Below are positions 11,355-21,626 of a stretch of DNA of 64,000 nt, one piece after another. Numbering within the stretch: the first letter of the stretch is position 1; the number at the start of each line of letters is the position of its first letter. The position numbers and the translations under genes were made by a program. The notes under the pieces are model-generated. The model had not been told where the DNA came from, did no database searches, and saw only the letters and a program-made list of their open reading frames with translations. The stretch comes from Elusimicrobiota bacterium (lineage in GTDB: Bacteria > Elusimicrobiota > Elusimicrobia > UBA1565 > JACRDR01), in NCBI GenBank assembly GCA_041694815.1, contig JBGFSC010000010.1, positions 77,922 through 141,921 of the forward strand. Reading direction: 5' to 3'.

Positions 11355-12830
11355 ATGTCGGCGCTCAAGGCGGTTTTTGCGTCGGCTTTGCTGCTTGCGG
11401 CGATCGATCTCCCCGCGGGCGCCGTCCCCGCTTTCACACCGGAAAACGGCATTCGAATCTCCTCCGCCGTGCTCCAGGCCGCGACAGGCTCCTACCCGAC
11501 CCTGCGCGCCTATTACATCCGAAACAGCAGCCATGTGCTATCGGCCATCACCGCCGACGGCATGACATTCAACGAGGAGGCCGGCGTGCGCCTCTCAAGC
11601 CTGACGGTACCGGCACTCGATATCGGGATCAGCTCCATCACGGGCCTTTCCATCCTGCCGCTTAATTCGGGCGGGTTTCGCATGCTCTATTCCGTCATCG
11701 GGACCACGGGGAGCTACCGCATCTACAGCGCGACCTCGGCCGACGGCCTTGCCTGGGCCAACGAGGCGGGGGCAAAGATCAACAGCTCCACGACCTTCTC
11801 GGGGATGCCGAGCCTGGTAAAGCTGGGCACCGGGGACTGGAGGCTCTACTACATCCAAAATTCCATCGCGGGGAACCAGCCGGCAAACTATCGGATTTAT
11901 ACGGCCTTGTCCACCAACGAGGGCGCGAGCTTCGGCTCGGCATCCCAGGCGCACAGCGCGCAGGCGGGCGAGGTCAGCGCGGTCCTGCGCACCGACAACA
12001 GGGTCCGCCTTTACTACACGGCCCCGGCCGCCGGCTCGAGCAGTAACACCACCATCGTCAGCGCGTTGTCGACGGACGCCAACGGCACGTCCTTCTCCAC
12101 GGAATCCGACGTCCGCCTCTCGACACCCGTTACCAGCGGCAGCCTGGCCTACCCCTTCGTCCTGCGCTCGACGGAGGCCGCCCCGTCCTATCGCTGGCGG
12201 ATGTATTACGATTTCAACGGCCCCGGGCTGAGCACGGGGAATGTCCACAGCGCGTTGACGACGGCCCCGGACCCCCAATCCATCTCCCCCTCCACCGTGC
12301 TTAACGCCAGCCCCGCCGTTTCGCTGACGATCAGCGGCGAGGTCTTTTCCCCGTCCCCCTCGGTCAAGCTCACGAGCGGCGGCCAGGCCGATATCACGGG
12401 AACGGCGGTTACCCGCTCTAATGACCAAACCATCACCGCCACCTTTAATGTCCAGGACAAGGCGCCGGGCTTTTGGAACGTGGTGGTCGCCAATTCGGAC
12501 GGCGTGTCCAAGACCCTGGCCAATGCCCTAACCATCGACTTCTCCAATGGCAGCGCCTCGGTCACCGACAATCTGCTGCGCCCACGCCTCGGCGGCACCG
12601 CCAAGATCGCGGTCGTTACCTACAATGCCGGTCACCTCACCGTAAAGCTATACACGCTGGGCGGCGCGTTGGTATCGACGCTCTTCGATGGAGAACGGGC
12701 GGCGGGCACCCTCAACCTCACCTGGGACGGCAAGACGGCGCAGGGCAACACCGTCGCCAGCGGCGTCTACCTACTTAAGACCACGGGACCAAAAATCAAC
12801 GTGATTAACAAGATCGTGGTAATCAAATGA
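11355..12830 (+). CDS. Secreted beta-propeller protein with IPT/Ig-like and C-terminal FlgD-Ig (T9SS-CTD-like) domain
   Basis: Signal peptide; five repeats of RxYY...I/VxS/TA followed by Asp-box-like SxDGxxF/W; C-terminus WDGKTAQGNTVASGVYL...KIVVIK. Confidence 0.7.
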   Translation: MSALKAVFASALLLAAIDLPAGAVPAFTPENGIRISSAVLQAATGSYPTLRAYYIRNSSHVLSAITADGMTFNEEAGVRLSSLTVPALDIGISSITGLSILPLNSGGFRMLYSVIGTTGSYRIYSATSADGLAWANEAGAKINSSTTFSGMPSLVKLGTGDWRLYYIQNSIAGNQPANYRIYTALSTNEGASFGSASQAHSAQAGEVSAVLRTDNRVRLYYTAPAAGSSSNTTIVSALSTDANGTSFSTESDVRLSTPVTSGSLAYPFVLRSTEAAPSYRWRMYYDFNGPGLSTGNVHSALTTAPDPQSISPSTVLNASPAVSLTISGEVFSPSPSVKLTSGGQADITGTAVTRSNDQTITATFNVQDKAPGFWNVVVANSDGVSKTLANALTIDFSNGSASVTDNLLRPRLGGTAKIAVVTYNAGHLTVKLYTLGGALVSTLFDGERAAGTLNLTWDGKTAQGNTVASGVYLLKTTGPKINVINKIVVIK

Positions 12831-13762
12831 TCCCGCGACTTTCCCTCGCCCTACTTTTGTTGCCCGCGACGCTCTACGCGGAAGCGGGGCGTACGGCGGC
12901 TTCCGCGCTTTTGCTACGGCCCCTAAGCGTGCGCGCCAACGCCATGGGGGAGGCCTTTGTCGCCGCCGACGGGGGCATCGACTCCTTCGGCTACAATCCC
13001 GCCGGGCTGACCGCGACCCAGCGGCCGTCCCTGCAGAGCCTCTACACACCGGGCGTCGTCGAGGATCGATTCAGCTTCACCAGCTACGCGCACCCCCTGC
13101 CCTTCGGCGTACTGTCCGTCGGCGGAATGTATTACGACGCGGGCGACCTGCACCTTCAATTTTCCGATGGCACCCACCGCAACGTCAAGGCGGAGCAAGA
13201 CATGGCCGGCATTCTCGGCTTAAGCCTGCCCCTGCCCTTGGGGTTGAGCGCTGGAGCCTCGGCCAAGGTGTTCCGCGTCGAACTCGCCGAAACGGCTAAG
13301 GCCACCGGCTATGCGTTCGACGTCGGGGGAGTCTGGCGGTCCCCCCTCAAGGGACTCAACCTAGGAGCGGCCGTCAATAATGCCGGGCCCGACCTCAAAT
13401 TCGAGGAGCAGGGAGACCCTCTCCCCACGGCGTTTCGCTTCGGAGCTGCCTATTCGCTCAACCTGGAATCGGCGCTCGCCACGCGTGAATCGATCCTCGC
13501 GCTGAGCCGCTTCCTTTTCTGCGTCGACGCGGTCAAGGTCCGCGAGGAGAGGCTCTCCCCCCGCGCCGGAGTCGAGATGTCGGCCCCCTTGCTCGATCGG
13601 GGTCACGCCGCCCTGCGCCTCGGCCATCTCTTCGCCTCGAGCCCCGACTCCTTCACCTTCGGCATCGGCCTTAAGGAAAGGCGCTTCGTCTTCGACTACG
13701 CCTTCGGCGTGAAGCGGGAGCTCAGCAATGTCCATCACTTCTCGATCGGCGTCGTATTTTGA
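12827..13762 (+). CDS. PorV/PorQ-like (UPF0164) outer-membrane barrel
   Basis: RANAMGEAFVA...YNPAGL, GDPLPTAFRFG, DYAF, terminal Phe; ATGA-coupled to the upstream gene. Confidence 0.8.
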   Translation: MIPRLSLALLLLPATLYAEAGRTAASALLLRPLSVRANAMGEAFVAADGGIDSFGYNPAGLTATQRPSLQSLYTPGVVEDRFSFTSYAHPLPFGVLSVGGMYYDAGDLHLQFSDGTHRNVKAEQDMAGILGLSLPLPLGLSAGASAKVFRVELAETAKATGYAFDVGGVWRSPLKGLNLGAAVNNAGPDLKFEEQGDPLPTAFRFGAAYSLNLESALATRESILALSRFLFCVDAVKVREERLSPRAGVEMSAPLLDRGHAALRLGHLFASSPDSFTFGIGLKERRFVFDYAFGVKRELSNVHHFSIGVVF

Positions 13763-13816
13763 AAAAGGCACGGCAATTTAGGTATAATATGCAATTCTTA
13801 TCTGTTCTATGACGAC

Positions 13817-15910
13817 ATGGTGAGGAAGATCGTCTCTGACTGGCTCTCTCCGTTCGGCCAGGCCCGCTTTCGGAAACCCAAGGGTTGGGCCCAAAATTTA
13901 AAGCCAGGCAGCCGCTCCCACGACGGCGCGGACCTTCCCCGAGACCTGCAAGATTCCATAGGCAGGGCCCAGCAAGCCCTGCTGCGCCGGCAAATCCAGG
14001 AAGACGGTTACTGGTGCGCGGAGCTCCGGGCCGACACGACCTTGGAGTCGGATACGATCATGCTGCTCAATTTCCTGGGACGCGGCGACTCGCCCAAGGT
14101 GGCGCGCCTGGCCCGATTCATCCTGTCCCAGCAATTGCCGGACGGCGGCTGGCCGATCTACCGCAACGGCCCGGCTGATCTCTCGGCGACAGTCAAGGCC
14201 TACTGGGCGCTCAAATTCGCCGGCTACAAGCCGGAAGAGCCATTCCTCGCCCGAGCCAGGGAAAAGATACAGGCCTTGGGCGGCATCCATCGCGTCAACA
14301 CCTATTCGAAGTTCTACATGGCGCTCTTCGGCCTCTACGATTGGAGAGGGGTCCCCACCATTCCTCCGGACCTGATGCTATTCCCGAATTGGTTCTACTT
14401 CAACATCTACGAGATGTCCGCGTGGACCCGCTCGATCGTCGTGCCCCTTTCCATAATATGGTCGGATCCCCCTCCCCTTCGCTGCCCAGCCCATGCGAGA
14501 CTCGACGAGCTGTTCCCGGACGAACGGCGCTACGTCCCGCTTCGCGAGGTTATGCCGCCGCATCGTTTCTTGTCCTGGACCGGATTCTTCCTGATGTGGG
14601 ACAACGGCCTCAAGGCCTTGGAAGGGCGGGGCCCGCATTGGCTCCGCGTCTGGTCGCGCCGCTTGGCGGAGCAATGGATGTTGGAGCACCTGGAGGGCTC
14701 CGACGGGCTCGGCGCCATCTTCCCCGGCATCGTCAATACGATCATGGCGATGAAGGCCCTCAAATACCCCGACGACGACCCCCGCCTACTCAAGCAGATC
14801 GGCATCCTGGAAGGGCTCGAAATCGACAGGGGCGAAATGCTCGAGATGCAGCCCTGCCTGTCTCCGATCTGGGACACGGCCTTAGCCGTCATCGCCTTGG
14901 CCGAATCGGGGATGAGCCGGGAGCATCCCGCGCTGATTGCGGCCGTCGAATGGCTGCTTTCCAAGGAGATCCGCCGTCCCGGCGACTGGCGCGTGACCAA
15001 CCCGAGCGGCCCGATCGGCGGATGGGCGTTCGAGTTCGAAAACGATTTCTATCCCGACATCGACGATACGGCGATGGTCATGCTCGCGCTGCGCCACGTT
15101 CACCTCGACGAGCGGCTCGAACTGGCCCGCGAGAAAGCCTGCCTGCGCGGCCTGCACTGGCTGCTGTCGATGCAGTCGGATAGCGGCGGCTGGGCGGCTT
15201 TCGACAAGAACAATACCAAGATGATTTTCACCAAGATCCCCTTCGCGGACCACAACGCCATCATCGACCCGCCCACCGCCGATATCACGGGGCGCATCCT
15301 CGAGTTCCTGGGATACATCGGCTACGACGACTCCTTTGGGGCGGTGAAAGCCGCCGTTGCGTTCCTCAAGCGGGAACAGGAGGCCGACGGGTCGTGGTAC
15401 GGGCGATGGGGGGTCAACTACATCTACGGCACCTGGCAGGTGCTGCGCGGCCTGGCCGCTATCGGCGAGGACATGCGCCAGCCCTACATACAAAAGGCCG
15501 CGGCCTGGCTTAAGTCCGTCCAGCAACACGACGGCGGATGGGGAGAGACGTGCTCCTCCTACGAGGATCCGAGCACGAAGGGATGCGGCCCCTCGACGCC
15601 CTCTCAGACCGCCTGGGCGCTGATGGCGCTCATGGCCGCGGGACAAGGAGAGGGCCCCGAGGCGCAAAGGGGGGTGGAATATCTGCTCGGCACGCAACAG
15701 GACGACGGCAGCTGGCAAGAATCCGAGTTCACGGGCACCGGCTTTCCCAAGGTCTTTTACCTGGAATACACCCTATATAGGAACTACTTTCCCCTGCTCG
15801 CTCTCGGGCAATACCAGACTCTTTTGAGGAACCGCCGTCAGAACGAATCGAATCCCCCCATCCTGTTCCCCGGCTCGGCGCTGGAGTTCAGCGGCCCGGT
15901 GAGCCGCTAG
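13817..15910 (+). CDS. shc: Squalene-hopene cyclase
   Basis: Catalytic PDIDDTA (DxDD), repeated QxxDGGW motifs, WYGRWGVNYIYGT, TGTGFPKVFYL. Confidence 0.97.
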   Translation: MVRKIVSDWLSPFGQARFRKPKGWAQNLKPGSRSHDGADLPRDLQDSIGRAQQALLRRQIQEDGYWCAELRADTTLESDTIMLLNFLGRGDSPKVARLARFILSQQLPDGGWPIYRNGPADLSATVKAYWALKFAGYKPEEPFLARAREKIQALGGIHRVNTYSKFYMALFGLYDWRGVPTIPPDLMLFPNWFYFNIYEMSAWTRSIVVPLSIIWSDPPPLRCPAHARLDELFPDERRYVPLREVMPPHRFLSWTGFFLMWDNGLKALEGRGPHWLRVWSRRLAEQWMLEHLEGSDGLGAIFPGIVNTIMAMKALKYPDDDPRLLKQIGILEGLEIDRGEMLEMQPCLSPIWDTALAVIALAESGMSREHPALIAAVEWLLSKEIRRPGDWRVTNPSGPIGGWAFEFENDFYPDIDDTAMVMLALRHVHLDERLELAREKACLRGLHWLLSMQSDSGGWAAFDKNNTKMIFTKIPFADHNAIIDPPTADITGRILEFLGYIGYDDSFGAVKAAVAFLKREQEADGSWYGRWGVNYIYGTWQVLRGLAAIGEDMRQPYIQKAAAWLKSVQQHDGGWGETCSSYEDPSTKGCGPSTPSQTAWALMALMAAGQGEGPEAQRGVEYLLGTQQDDGSWQESEFTGTGFPKVFYLEYTLYRNYFPLLALGQYQTLLRNRRQNESNPPILFPGSALEFSGPVSR

Positions 15911-15920
15911 GAGATAAATA

Positions 15921-17045
15921 ATGGCGGTACCCCTGCGGATGCAGTTGTCGGTGTTCGGTTACATCCTCAAGCAGAAACTTCGAGGAACCGAGCGCTACCC
16001 TCTGGTGATGATGCTCGAGCCCCTCTTCGCCTGCAATCTCGAGTGCGCCGGCTGCGGCAAGATACAGTACCCCCCCGACATCCTGCGCAAGCGCCTGACG
16101 CCGGAGGAATGCTGGGAGTCGGCGGAGGAATGCGGCGCCCCGATCGTCTCGGTCGCCGGGGGCGAGCCCCTAGCACACCCGCAGATAGACCGCATCGTCG
16201 AGGGCCTCATCTCCCGCGGCAAATACCTCTACCTGTGCACCAACGCGATACTCCTGGAGCGCAACCTCCAGCGCTTCAAGCCCTCCGCGCAGCTCATCTT
16301 CAGCATACACCTCGACGGCGCGGAAAAGACCCACGACCGGATGGTCTGCAAAGACGGCGTCTACAAGACCGCCGTCTCGGCCATCCGCAAGGCCAAGGCG
16401 ATGGGCTTCAACGTCATGACTAACAGCACGATTTTCCAAGGGGAGGACTCCGAGGAGTTCCGGGCCTTCTTCGACACCGCGATGGAGCTGGGCGTCGACG
16501 GGATGATGATCTCGCCGGGCTACGCGTACGAGAAGGCTCCCGAGCAGGAGCTCTTCCTGAAGCGGGATCAGACGCGAGCCTGGTTCCAAGAGACGCTGCG
16601 GGGATGGCGACGCAAGGGTTGGGCCTTTAACCACAGCCCGTTCTACCTTGATTTCCTCGAAGGAAAACGGGACTATGACTGCACACCCTGGGGCAACCCC
16701 CTGCGCAACGTCTTCGGCTGGCAGAAGCCCTGCTACCTGATGGCGGAGGCGGGATACGCGCGCAGCTACCGAGAACTGCTCGAGAGCACCGACTGGTCGC
16801 TCTACGGCCGCAAGTCGGGCAATCCCAAATGCGCCAATTGCATGGTCCACGTCGGCTACGAACCCTCGGCGGTGATCGACGCTTTCTCCAGTCCACGGAA
16901 ATTTTTCGAGATGGTCTCGGACATCGCCACGATCAAGGGCCCCAAAAAGGTCCGCCGGGCGCAGCTCGCCGCGCTGCCAGAGGAGCCCAGGGCCGCCCTA
17001 TCGGGCGCCGGCCGTGGCTCGAAGGATTCCTGCGGAGGGCATTGA
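15921..17045 (+). CDS. hpnH: Adenosylhopane-forming radical SAM enzyme
   Basis: LEPLFACNLECAGCGKIQYP, CTPWGNP...GWQKPCYL, CANCMVH. Confidence 0.95.
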   Translation: MAVPLRMQLSVFGYILKQKLRGTERYPLVMMLEPLFACNLECAGCGKIQYPPDILRKRLTPEECWESAEECGAPIVSVAGGEPLAHPQIDRIVEGLISRGKYLYLCTNAILLERNLQRFKPSAQLIFSIHLDGAEKTHDRMVCKDGVYKTAVSAIRKAKAMGFNVMTNSTIFQGEDSEEFRAFFDTAMELGVDGMMISPGYAYEKAPEQELFLKRDQTRAWFQETLRGWRRKGWAFNHSPFYLDFLEGKRDYDCTPWGNPLRNVFGWQKPCYLMAEAGYARSYRELLESTDWSLYGRKSGNPKCANCMVHVGYEPSAVIDAFSSPRKFFEMVSDIATIKGPKKVRRAQLAALPEEPRAALSGAGRGSKDSCGGH

Positions 17046-18060
17046 GATCGAAACGGCATTCTTGACTGGTGCGACCGGTTTCGTCGGGGCCAATCTCGCT
17101 CGAACCCTGATCCGGAAGGGATGGAAGGTTCGGGTGCTGGCGCGCAAGGGCGGCAACAGAAAGAATCTCGAGGGGCTCGGCTTGGAGCTCGTCGAAGGGG
17201 ACCTGCTCGACGCGGCATCCCTGGAGGCTGGCTGCCGGGGCGCGCGCGCGGTGTTCCACGTGGCCGCGGATTATCGGATATGGGTGCCGGACCCGCGGGC
17301 CCTATACGCCGCCAACGTACAGGGAACCATCAACGTGCTTGAGGCCGCCGGCAAGGCCGGCGTCGAACGCATCGTGCATTGCTCCAGCGTCGCGGCCGTC
17401 AAGCCCATCGACGGCAAGGTCGCGGACGAAAGCTCCGAATACAGGGACGTCTCGGAAATCATCGGCCCCTATAAACGCTCCAAGTGGCTGGCCGAGCGGG
17501 CCGCCCTCGAGTTGGCCCGCAAGGGCCTTCCGGTAGTCGTGGTCAATCCGGCCGCGCCGATAGGGCCCTACGACATCAAACCGACCCCGACAGGCAAGAT
17601 CGTGACCGATTTCCTCAACCGCCGGATCCCTTCCTACATCGACACCGGCCTCAACGTGGTGCATGTCGCCGACGTCGCCGAGGGGCACTGCCTGGCCGCG
17701 CAAAAGGGCCGCGTCGGGGAGCGCTACATACTTGGTGGAGAGAATCTCACGCTCAAGGCCATGCTCGATCTTCTCGCGGAAGCCACCGGGCTGAGCGCTC
17801 CGCGCTTTAAGACCCCCTACGCCATCGCCCTGGCCTTCGGCGCGCTCGACACCGCGCGCGCTCGGCTTTTTGGCGGCGAGCCCATGGCCCCCCTCGACGC
17901 CGTGCGCATGGCCAGGCACGCCATGTTCTACGATTCGAGCAAGGCCGCCCGGGAGTTGGGCCTGCGCCCGCGCCCGGCGAAGGAGGCTTTGGCCGACGCC
18001 GCTCGATGGTTTAGGGCCAATGGCTATGTCTCGAACCCCGCCCTGGCGGCCTGCGCATGA
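17014..18060 (+). CDS. hpnA: Hopanoid-associated NAD-dependent epimerase/dehydratase
   Basis: TGATGFVG, HVAADYR, YKRSK, DIKPTPTG; start codon uncertain. Confidence 0.88.
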   Translation: MARRIPAEGIEIETAFLTGATGFVGANLARTLIRKGWKVRVLARKGGNRKNLEGLGLELVEGDLLDAASLEAGCRGARAVFHVAADYRIWVPDPRALYAANVQGTINVLEAAGKAGVERIVHCSSVAAVKPIDGKVADESSEYRDVSEIIGPYKRSKWLAERAALELARKGLPVVVVNPAAPIGPYDIKPTPTGKIVTDFLNRRIPSYIDTGLNVVHVADVAEGHCLAAQKGRVGERYILGGENLTLKAMLDLLAEATGLSAPRFKTPYAIALAFGALDTARARLFGGEPMAPLDAVRMARHAMFYDSSKAARELGLRPRPAKEALADAARWFRANGYVSNPALAACA

Positions 18061-18740
18061 TACTGCTCGCCACCGCCACCCCCTGGGAGACCGACCCCCT
18101 GAAAACCCGCTGGAGGCTGCGCGAGGGCGCGCTCGCCGGATGCTACGAGGGCAGCGTCTCGGGCCACGCCCTCCGCCTTCTTGAGACCGGCATCGGCGCC
18201 GATTCCACCAAAGCCCGCCTCGAACGCCTGCTGGCGGCGGAGGAGCGCTTCAAGCCGGAGCTCGTGATCAGCTCGGGACTGGCCGGCGCTCTGCAGCCTG
18301 GGCTCAAGGCCGGCGAGCTCGTGGCGGACCTGCGGGAGGCGCCGCTGGAAATCGTTCGCTCCGCCCGCGAGACGGCCGCGCGCCTCAAGCTCCCGCTGCA
18401 TCTGGGGGCGTTCTACACCTCCGACCGCGTGCTGGAGCCGGCCTTAAAGCGCGAGGCGGGCAGGCTCAAGCGCGCCTTGGCCGTCGACATGGAAAGCGCG
18501 TCGCTGCGCGCCTGGTCGGCCCAAAGGGGAGCGGCCTTCGTCGGCCTGCGGGCGGTGCTCGACACCGTCGACGGGCGCCTGCCCAGCGGGGTCCCCGAGA
18601 GCGGCGGACTAGCCGCCTTGGCGCGCTACGTGGCCGAGCATGTCGGCGAATTCCCGCTGATGCTGCGCCTATGGCCGGCCCAGCGGCGCGGGATGGATTC
18701 GCTCGGCCGCTTCCTCGAGTCATGGCTGTCGACCTTATGA
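18057..18740 (+). CDS. hpnG: Nucleoside phosphorylase-like, probable adenosylhopane nucleosidase
   Basis: TGIG, SSGLAGAL, AVDMES, LRAVLD motifs; located in the hpn operon. Confidence 0.72.
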   Translation: MILLATATPWETDPLKTRWRLREGALAGCYEGSVSGHALRLLETGIGADSTKARLERLLAAEERFKPELVISSGLAGALQPGLKAGELVADLREAPLEIVRSARETAARLKLPLHLGAFYTSDRVLEPALKREAGRLKRALAVDMESASLRAWSAQRGAAFVGLRAVLDTVDGRLPSGVPESGGLAALARYVAEHVGEFPLMLRLWPAQRRGMDSLGRFLESWLSTL

Positions 18741-19678
18741 CGGACCGACTGGCGCTTTATTTTAAGAGCCGCGGCGCCATGGTCGAAGGCGAACTCAAGC
18801 GCCTTATGGCGGGCCGCAAAAGCGCGCCGATCCCGTTTTTGCGCTCGGAGCCCGCCACGCTGCGCGAGGCCATGGCCTATTCCCTCTTCGCCGGAGGCAA
18901 GCGCCTGCGGCCCGTGCTGCTGATGGCCGCCAGCGAATGCTGCGGCCTGGGCGCCCGACGCTGCCTGGAGGCCGCCTGCGGCATGGAGATGATCCATACC
19001 TATTCGCTCATCCACGATGACCTGCCCGCCATGGACGACGACGACCTCCGGCGGGGCAAGCCGACCAATCACAAGGTGTTTGGCGAGGCGCTCGCGATAC
19101 TCGCGGGCGACGGGTTGCTCACCAAGGCCTTCGAGCTCGTCGCGCGCAACGCGCGGCGCGTTGCCCTCGGGGCCAAGGAAACCGCAGATCTCGTCGAGGT
19201 CGTCGCCGCCGGGGCCGGCGCGCGCGGCATGGTGGGCGGCCAGGCGGCCGACCTCGAGGCCGAGGGATTGGGAGCGCTGCGAAACGGCTCGCGGGCGAAG
19301 GGGATACGCCTGCTCGAATACATCCATACCCACAAGACCGCCGCCCTAATCACGGCCAGCCTGGAAGCCGGCGCCCTCCTGGCGCGGGCCGACGCCCCTA
19401 GGCGGCGCGCCCTGCGCGAGTACGGCAGGGCCGTGGGCCTGGCCTTCCAAATCGCCGACGACATCCTCGACGTGGTTGGCGACAAGGAAAAGCTGGGCAA
19501 ACGCGGCTCCGACGAAGCCAACGCGAAGCTCACCTACGTGCGGCTCTTCGGCGTCGAAGGCTCTAGGCGCAAGGCGGCCGAGCTCGCGGGCCGCGCGCGG
19601 AAGTCTTTGTCGGTGTTCGGCCGCCGCGCGGCGGTCTTGCACGATTTAGCCGACTATATCATCACTCGAGAGAAGTAA
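18737..19678 (+). CDS. ispA: Farnesyl-diphosphate synthase
   Basis: GGKRLRP, HDDLPAMDDDDLRRGKPT, AFQIADDILD. Confidence 0.93.
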   Translation: MTDRLALYFKSRGAMVEGELKRLMAGRKSAPIPFLRSEPATLREAMAYSLFAGGKRLRPVLLMAASECCGLGARRCLEAACGMEMIHTYSLIHDDLPAMDDDDLRRGKPTNHKVFGEALAILAGDGLLTKAFELVARNARRVALGAKETADLVEVVAAGAGARGMVGGQAADLEAEGLGALRNGSRAKGIRLLEYIHTHKTAALITASLEAGALLARADAPRRRALREYGRAVGLAFQIADDILDVVGDKEKLGKRGSDEANAKLTYVRLFGVEGSRRKAAELAGRARKSLSVFGRRAAVLHDLADYIITREK

Positions 19679-19690
19679 CGGAGAACACAC

Positions 19691-21622
19691 ATGGAACTGC
19701 TGCCGAAAATCCAAAATCCTAACGACCTGCGGGGGTTGCCGGTCGAGGCCCTGCCCAGGGTCGCCTCAGAGCTGCGGCAAATGATCCTCGAGACGGTCTC
19801 CCAGATCGGAGGCCATCTCGGATCCTCGCTGGGCGCCTCGGACCTTACCGTGGCCCTCCATTATGTTTTCGATACACCCAAGGACAGGCTGGTGTGGGAC
19901 ACCGGCCATCAGACCTACGGGCACAAGCTGCTAACCGGCCGTCAAGCCGTCTTCGGCACGATCCGGCAGTTCAAGGGGATCTCGGGTTTCCTCCGGCGCG
20001 ACGAGTCCGAATACGACACCTTCGGGGCCGGCCACGCCTCCACCGCCATCTCGGCGGCCCTCGGCATGGCGGCGGCGCGGGACGTAAAGGGCGAAAAAAA
20101 CAAGGTCGTCGCCATCGTGTCGGACGGCTGCATGACCGGCGGGGAGTCCTACGAGGGCCTGCAAAACGCCGGCATGCTGCAGGCCGACATGCTCGTCGTG
20201 CTCAACGACAACCAGATGTTCATCTCGCACCGCGTCGGCGCGCTGGGGACGTTCCTGACGCGCCTGCTCACTCTCGGCGCGGTCAAGAACGCGGAAAAAT
20301 CGGTTGAGAAATTCCTGGCGCGCTTTAAATTCTGGGGCGCGGCCGTCCTGCGCGTCGCCAAGCGCGCCAAGGTGCTGCTGTTCCCGGGAATGCTCTTCGA
20401 GGAGATGGGCTTCTCCTACTTCGGCCCCATCGATGGGCACGACGTGACGCAGCTTGTGCGCGTATTCACCCACGTAAAGGAACTCAAGGGCCCCGTGCTC
20501 GTGCACTGCGTGACCAAGAAGGGCAAGGGCTATCCGCTCGCCGAGCAGTTCCCGATCACCTACCACGGCCTGGGCAAATTCGACCTGGAGACGGGAAAGC
20601 CGGCTCCCGCCGCGCCGGCAGCTATCGCCTACACCAAGGTCTTCGGCAAATCCTTGGTCCGCCTCGCCGAGAAGGATCCGCGGATCGTAGCCATCACCGC
20701 CGCCATGCCCGAGGGAACCGGCACCGACCTCTTCCGAGACCGCTTCCCCAAGCGCTATTTCGACGTCGGCTTGGCGGAGCAGCACGCGGTGACCTTCGCG
20801 GGGGGCCTCGCCTGCGAGGGCCTCAAGCCGGTGGTGGCCATCTACTCCACCTTCCTGCAGCGCGCCTACGACCAGATCGAGCACGATATCTGCCTCCAGA
20901 AACTGCCGGTGGTCTTCTGCCTCGACCGGGCTGGCCTCGTCGGAGAAGATGGCCCCACGCATCACGGCGTATTCGACTTCGCCTACCTGCGCATGCTGCC
21001 GCACATGACCGTGATGGCGCCCTCCGACGAGAACGAGCTCCAGCACATGCTGGCCACCGCCCTGCAGATGGACACCCCGGCGGCCATCCGCTACCCGCGC
21101 GGCAACGCCCTGGGCGTGCCGATGGACCCGGAAGCCGTCCCCCTCCCGGTCGGCCGGGGCGTGCGCCTTAAGCCCGGCAAGGACGCCACTGTGCTGGCGA
21201 TCGGCAACCGGGTGCGCCCGGCCCTGGAGGCCGCCGAACTGCTCGAGCGCGACGGATTATCCGTCGGGGTCGTGAACATGCGCTTCGTCAAGCCCCTCGA
21301 CGAGGCCCTGCTCAAGGAAGTCGTCGCCCAGACACCCAAGATCGTCACCGTGGAGGACCATGTCCTTCAGGGAGGCTTCGGTTCGGCGGTGCTGGAGGCG
21401 CTGGCCGCCCCGGGGGCCATCTCGGGCGCGGCCTCCAACGGCGGCGGCTATGGCCGCTACCAAGTGCTGCGGCTCGGGCTCCCGGACGCCTTCGTCGAGC
21501 ACGGGGCGCCGGGCAAGCTCTACGACATGGTCGGGCTGTCGGCCGAACGCATCGCCGGGCGCATCGCGGATTGGATGAACGTGCGCCGCTCCGACAACAA
21601 GGCTCCGGCGGCGGTCTCCTGA
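19691..21622 (+). CDS. dxs: 1-deoxy-D-xylulose-5-phosphate synthase
   Basis: GGHLGSSLG, WDTGHQTY, GAGHAST, DRAGLVGEDGPTHHG. Confidence 0.97.
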   Translation: MELLPKIQNPNDLRGLPVEALPRVASELRQMILETVSQIGGHLGSSLGASDLTVALHYVFDTPKDRLVWDTGHQTYGHKLLTGRQAVFGTIRQFKGISGFLRRDESEYDTFGAGHASTAISAALGMAAARDVKGEKNKVVAIVSDGCMTGGESYEGLQNAGMLQADMLVVLNDNQMFISHRVGALGTFLTRLLTLGAVKNAEKSVEKFLARFKFWGAAVLRVAKRAKVLLFPGMLFEEMGFSYFGPIDGHDVTQLVRVFTHVKELKGPVLVHCVTKKGKGYPLAEQFPITYHGLGKFDLETGKPAPAAPAAIAYTKVFGKSLVRLAEKDPRIVAITAAMPEGTGTDLFRDRFPKRYFDVGLAEQHAVTFAGGLACEGLKPVVAIYSTFLQRAYDQIEHDICLQKLPVVFCLDRAGLVGEDGPTHHGVFDFAYLRMLPHMTVMAPSDENELQHMLATALQMDTPAAIRYPRGNALGVPMDPEAVPLPVGRGVRLKPGKDATVLAIGNRVRPALEAAELLERDGLSVGVVNMRFVKPLDEALLKEVVAQTPKIVTVEDHVLQGGFGSAVLEALAAPGAISGAASNGGGYGRYQVLRLGLPDAFVEHGAPGKLYDMVGLSAERIAGRIADWMNVRRSDNKAPAAVS

Positions 21623-21626
21623 GCCC

